This document shows, in pieces, positions 61,718 to 64,000 of a DNA stretch of 64,000 nt. The stretch spans positions 1 through 64,000 of the forward strand of contig OZ241865.1 in the NCBI GenBank assembly GCA_965203275.1, written 5' to 3'. Each line of letters starts with the position of its first letter. The first letter of the stretch is position 1. Both the position numbers and the translations under genes were made by a program. This DNA comes from Bdellovibrionales bacterium (GTDB taxonomy: Bacteria > Bdellovibrionota > Bdellovibrionia > Bdellovibrionales > JAUICD01). The notes below the pieces were generated by a model. That model made no database searches, was not told the origin of the DNA, and was given only the letters and a program-made list of their open reading frames with translations.

Positions 61718-64000
61718 ATGAGTTTAACACATCTAAGTTTTATTAGCTTGTTCGTCCTGTTAATATCTTGTACAGATGATGTTATAGATAGAAATAAAAG
61801 CTGGGGACCTGCTCGTGGTTTAGAGGTTGTAGGATTAAGTGATGATTCAAAACCTAGGAAATCAAAAACATGGCTTCTTGCTTGTCAAGACGATGGCAAC
61901 TTTGTTAATTGCACTTATCGTTACAAAATCAACAAAAAATCATCACACACCTTTACAAATAAAGATCAATATAAAAAGCAAACAAAAGTGATCAAAGAGG
62001 ATGGAGATGGCCGGTATTATTTACATGTTCAAGCCAAAGCAACAACGCAACTAGCAACACAAACAGCAACACAAAAAGTTTCAAGAGTTAAAAGTGTCTT
62101 TGCTACACTCGATAACACCTCCCCAACTCGCCTGAGATCTTCTCAATTTGAAGCTCCAAAGAATTCCAGTACAAATTCCTTTAAAGTGACTGTGAATAAA
62201 TTAACAGCTAGGCACACTGTCAAAGTATATGTTGCTGGAGGAAGTGGTGGGACCTCTCAACTGATCAATACAAATAAGGCAAATAATAATATCTCTGAAA
62301 ACACAGATATTGAAGACGATGAAGACAACAATAAAGACGACGAAGACAGCAATGACGATAACAACGACAATGACGACAACAACAACAACAATGAAGAAAA
62401 TGCAAAGTTTTGTACTAAAAACAACCAAGTGGGCTTAGGTCAAGTGGGTAGCAATAAAACTTCAGTTAAGATCACAGTTAATGCAAAACCTGGAACCCAC
62501 GACTACTATGCATCTGTAACAGATAGAGCCGGTAACACTAGTGGCTGTGTGCAGGCCTTCCGCCACACAAACACAAACACGAATAACAGAGACTCTGTTG
62601 CATCTTGTCCGTCAACTCAACCATCCCCGCACTGGCAATTTGTTAAGGGAAAATGCCGTCCATCTTGTGGTCATGCAGCCACACAGGCAGGTTATGGGGG
62701 CAGTGGAGCAGATAAAAAGGCAAATACCCAAGATGATCTCTTTACTTATGATTCTAAAGCGACTTCTTGTAAAAGTTTAAACAAATGGGGACATGATGAT
62801 TGGATAGAATTTAGTTTTCAAAATGCAGGAGAGAAAATAAATAGCCGTGAATCTATTATAGTCGCAAAATATGGAGGTGTTTGTTGTGGACGAGGGACTC
62901 CTATCAATCCTGTCACTCCCCCTACTGTGACTGGTCTTGAGGATAATAATAAAGTCACTGCTCCAGCCTCTTTCAGATGGAGTTGTGATAAGAATGGCTG
63001 TCAGTATCGTTATGCTATCACTACATCTCGCAGGCATATATTTCAAGTGGCAGCTTTTACTGGTATAAATAAAATAATAAAAAAGAGCATAAGCCCCGGA
63101 ACTGTTTATTATCTTCATGTCCAAGCAGCCTTTGAGGATAGGCTCTCTGCCATTAAGACAGTCCGTTTTGCATCCCATAATTTGTCTACGGGTAAGGGTA
63201 CAGGCATCCCCAGAATTGCTTTAAAAACTCCTTTAGCTAATATGAGCCATAATTATTTACATGACAAACCGACCTTTATAATAAGCTATGTTGCTCAGGG
63301 TGACAAAGTCACTTTGTATCGAAGATCCAATACAGAAAAATGCTCAGGGGCAAGTTGTTGCACCACTGCCCATAGAGGTATTAAAGTAGCTTCTAAGGTA
63401 TGCCCTTCAGGAGAGTGTACTCTTTCAGCAAGCTTGCCCTCTATTAAAGACAGGTACAGGGATTCTTATAAATTCTATGTTAAAAGAGAGTATAAAAATG
63501 CACAAACACGCAATCGCTTGACTTCTTTATGCAGTAGCCAGTCTGATTCCAGTGAGTCAAAAAATACAAAAAATACACAAAATACAACTACTAAGAAGTT
63601 TGTTATTTATAATCGTTGGGTTTATAAGCCTCTTTCTATGGCTGAGCAATATGGGTGCTTTTTATCTAAGACAGGTCAGATCAAATGCTGGGGTCCTGAC
63701 GCTTTTAGTGGAGTCAATCAGTGCTTACCACCTGGAGGTCAGTTTGAAGATACAAATCGTATTGCTACTTTTGATCCTGAAAAATTCTCACAAAATGTTG
63801 ATTTAGGGTGCAGGGATGGTTCTAAATCATGTGCATCACATGAAAAATACACTGCACTAGCTTTATCTGTCTCTGGTTTAAAACATAAACCTTTTAGTTT
63901 TTGTAAAGTTTGTTCTAATAATAATTGTGTTCGCGGACAGCACCCTTATTGTGATGTGGGTAGAACCAATGACAGACATACAGATGGTCGCAGTCTTCCT
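61718..64000 (+). CDS. Large Cys-rich surface lipoprotein, runs off the window (absent from the ORF track)
   Basis: Manual translation, no stop through 64000: MSLTHLSFISLFVLLISC lipobox, two 'GL.D...W.C...C.YRY...YYLHVQA' domains, D/N tract, TDRAGN, GCFLSKTGQIKCWG (RCC1-like). Confidence 0.88.
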   Translation, partial: MSLTHLSFISLFVLLISCTDDVIDRNKSWGPARGLEVVGLSDDSKPRKSKTWLLACQDDGNFVNCTYRYKINKKSSHTFTNKDQYKKQTKVIKEDGDGRYYLHVQAKATTQLATQTATQKVSRVKSVFATLDNTSPTRLRSSQFEAPKNSSTNSFKVTVNKLTARHTVKVYVAGGSGGTSQLINTNKANNNISENTDIEDDEDNNKDDEDSNDDNNDNDDNNNNNEENAKFCTKNNQVGLGQVGSNKTSVKITVNAKPGTHDYYASVTDRAGNTSGCVQAFRHTNTNTNNRDSVASCPSTQPSPHWQFVKGKCRPSCGHAATQAGYGGSGADKKANTQDDLFTYDSKATSCKSLNKWGHDDWIEFSFQNAGEKINSRESIIVAKYGGVCCGRGTPINPVTPPTVTGLEDNNKVTAPASFRWSCDKNGCQYRYAITTSRRHIFQVAAFTGINKIIKKSISPGTVYYLHVQAAFEDRLSAIKTVRFASHNLSTGKGTGIPRIALKTPLANMSHNYLHDKPTFIISYVAQGDKVTLYRRSNTEKCSGASCCTTAHRGIKVASKVCPSGECTLSASLPSIKDRYRDSYKFYVKREYKNAQTRNRLTSLCSSQSDSSESKNTKNTQNTTTKKFVIYNRWVYKPLSMAEQYGCFLSKTGQIKCWGPDAFSGVNQCLPPGGQFEDTNRIATFDPEKFSQNVDLGCRDGSKSCASHEKYTALALSVSGLKHKPFSFCKVCSNNNCVRGQHPYCDVGRTNDRHTDGRSLP

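Noticed and set aside
62201..63806. Short ORFs listed at 62201, 62541, 62777 and 63552
   Set aside because: All overlap the long open frame starting at 61718.

Overview
AT-rich bacterial chromosome window, probably from a Bdellovibrionota/Oligoflexia-like organism. That assignment is an inference from the bamD-TPR-hpt gene order, the gspG-K cluster, PilA-type pilins, a 'VVFQNC' lipoprotein signal and a serine palmitoyltransferase-like gene. Housekeeping genes (aspS, lipB, pstA/B, mutT, bamD, hpt, gspGHIJK, tpiA, secG, pgk, lolC/D, gyrA, purQ/L, pcnB) are mixed with secreted repeat proteins (ankyrin, mTERF-like, tandem HTH, Cys-rich/VWA, RCC1-like). The dominant unexplained signal is a family of ~140-bp intergenic elements. 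By eye there are roughly 35 near-complete copies plus many fragments, in about 18 clusters. The copies keep one branched hairpin fold through extensive compensatory changes, exchange stem alleles, nest inside one another, carry GGATCCC-type heptamer tails or shared linkers, and end with the same terminus next to gene boundaries. Bases 2-11 kb hold a duplicated module: orphan Rpn C-terminus, inverted-repeat-bounded AT-rich segment, divergent type IV pilin, then small ORFs each led by a terminator-like hairpin. A serine recombinase remnant and IS1634-type ends are also there. Family names come from motif recognition by eye; no searches were run.
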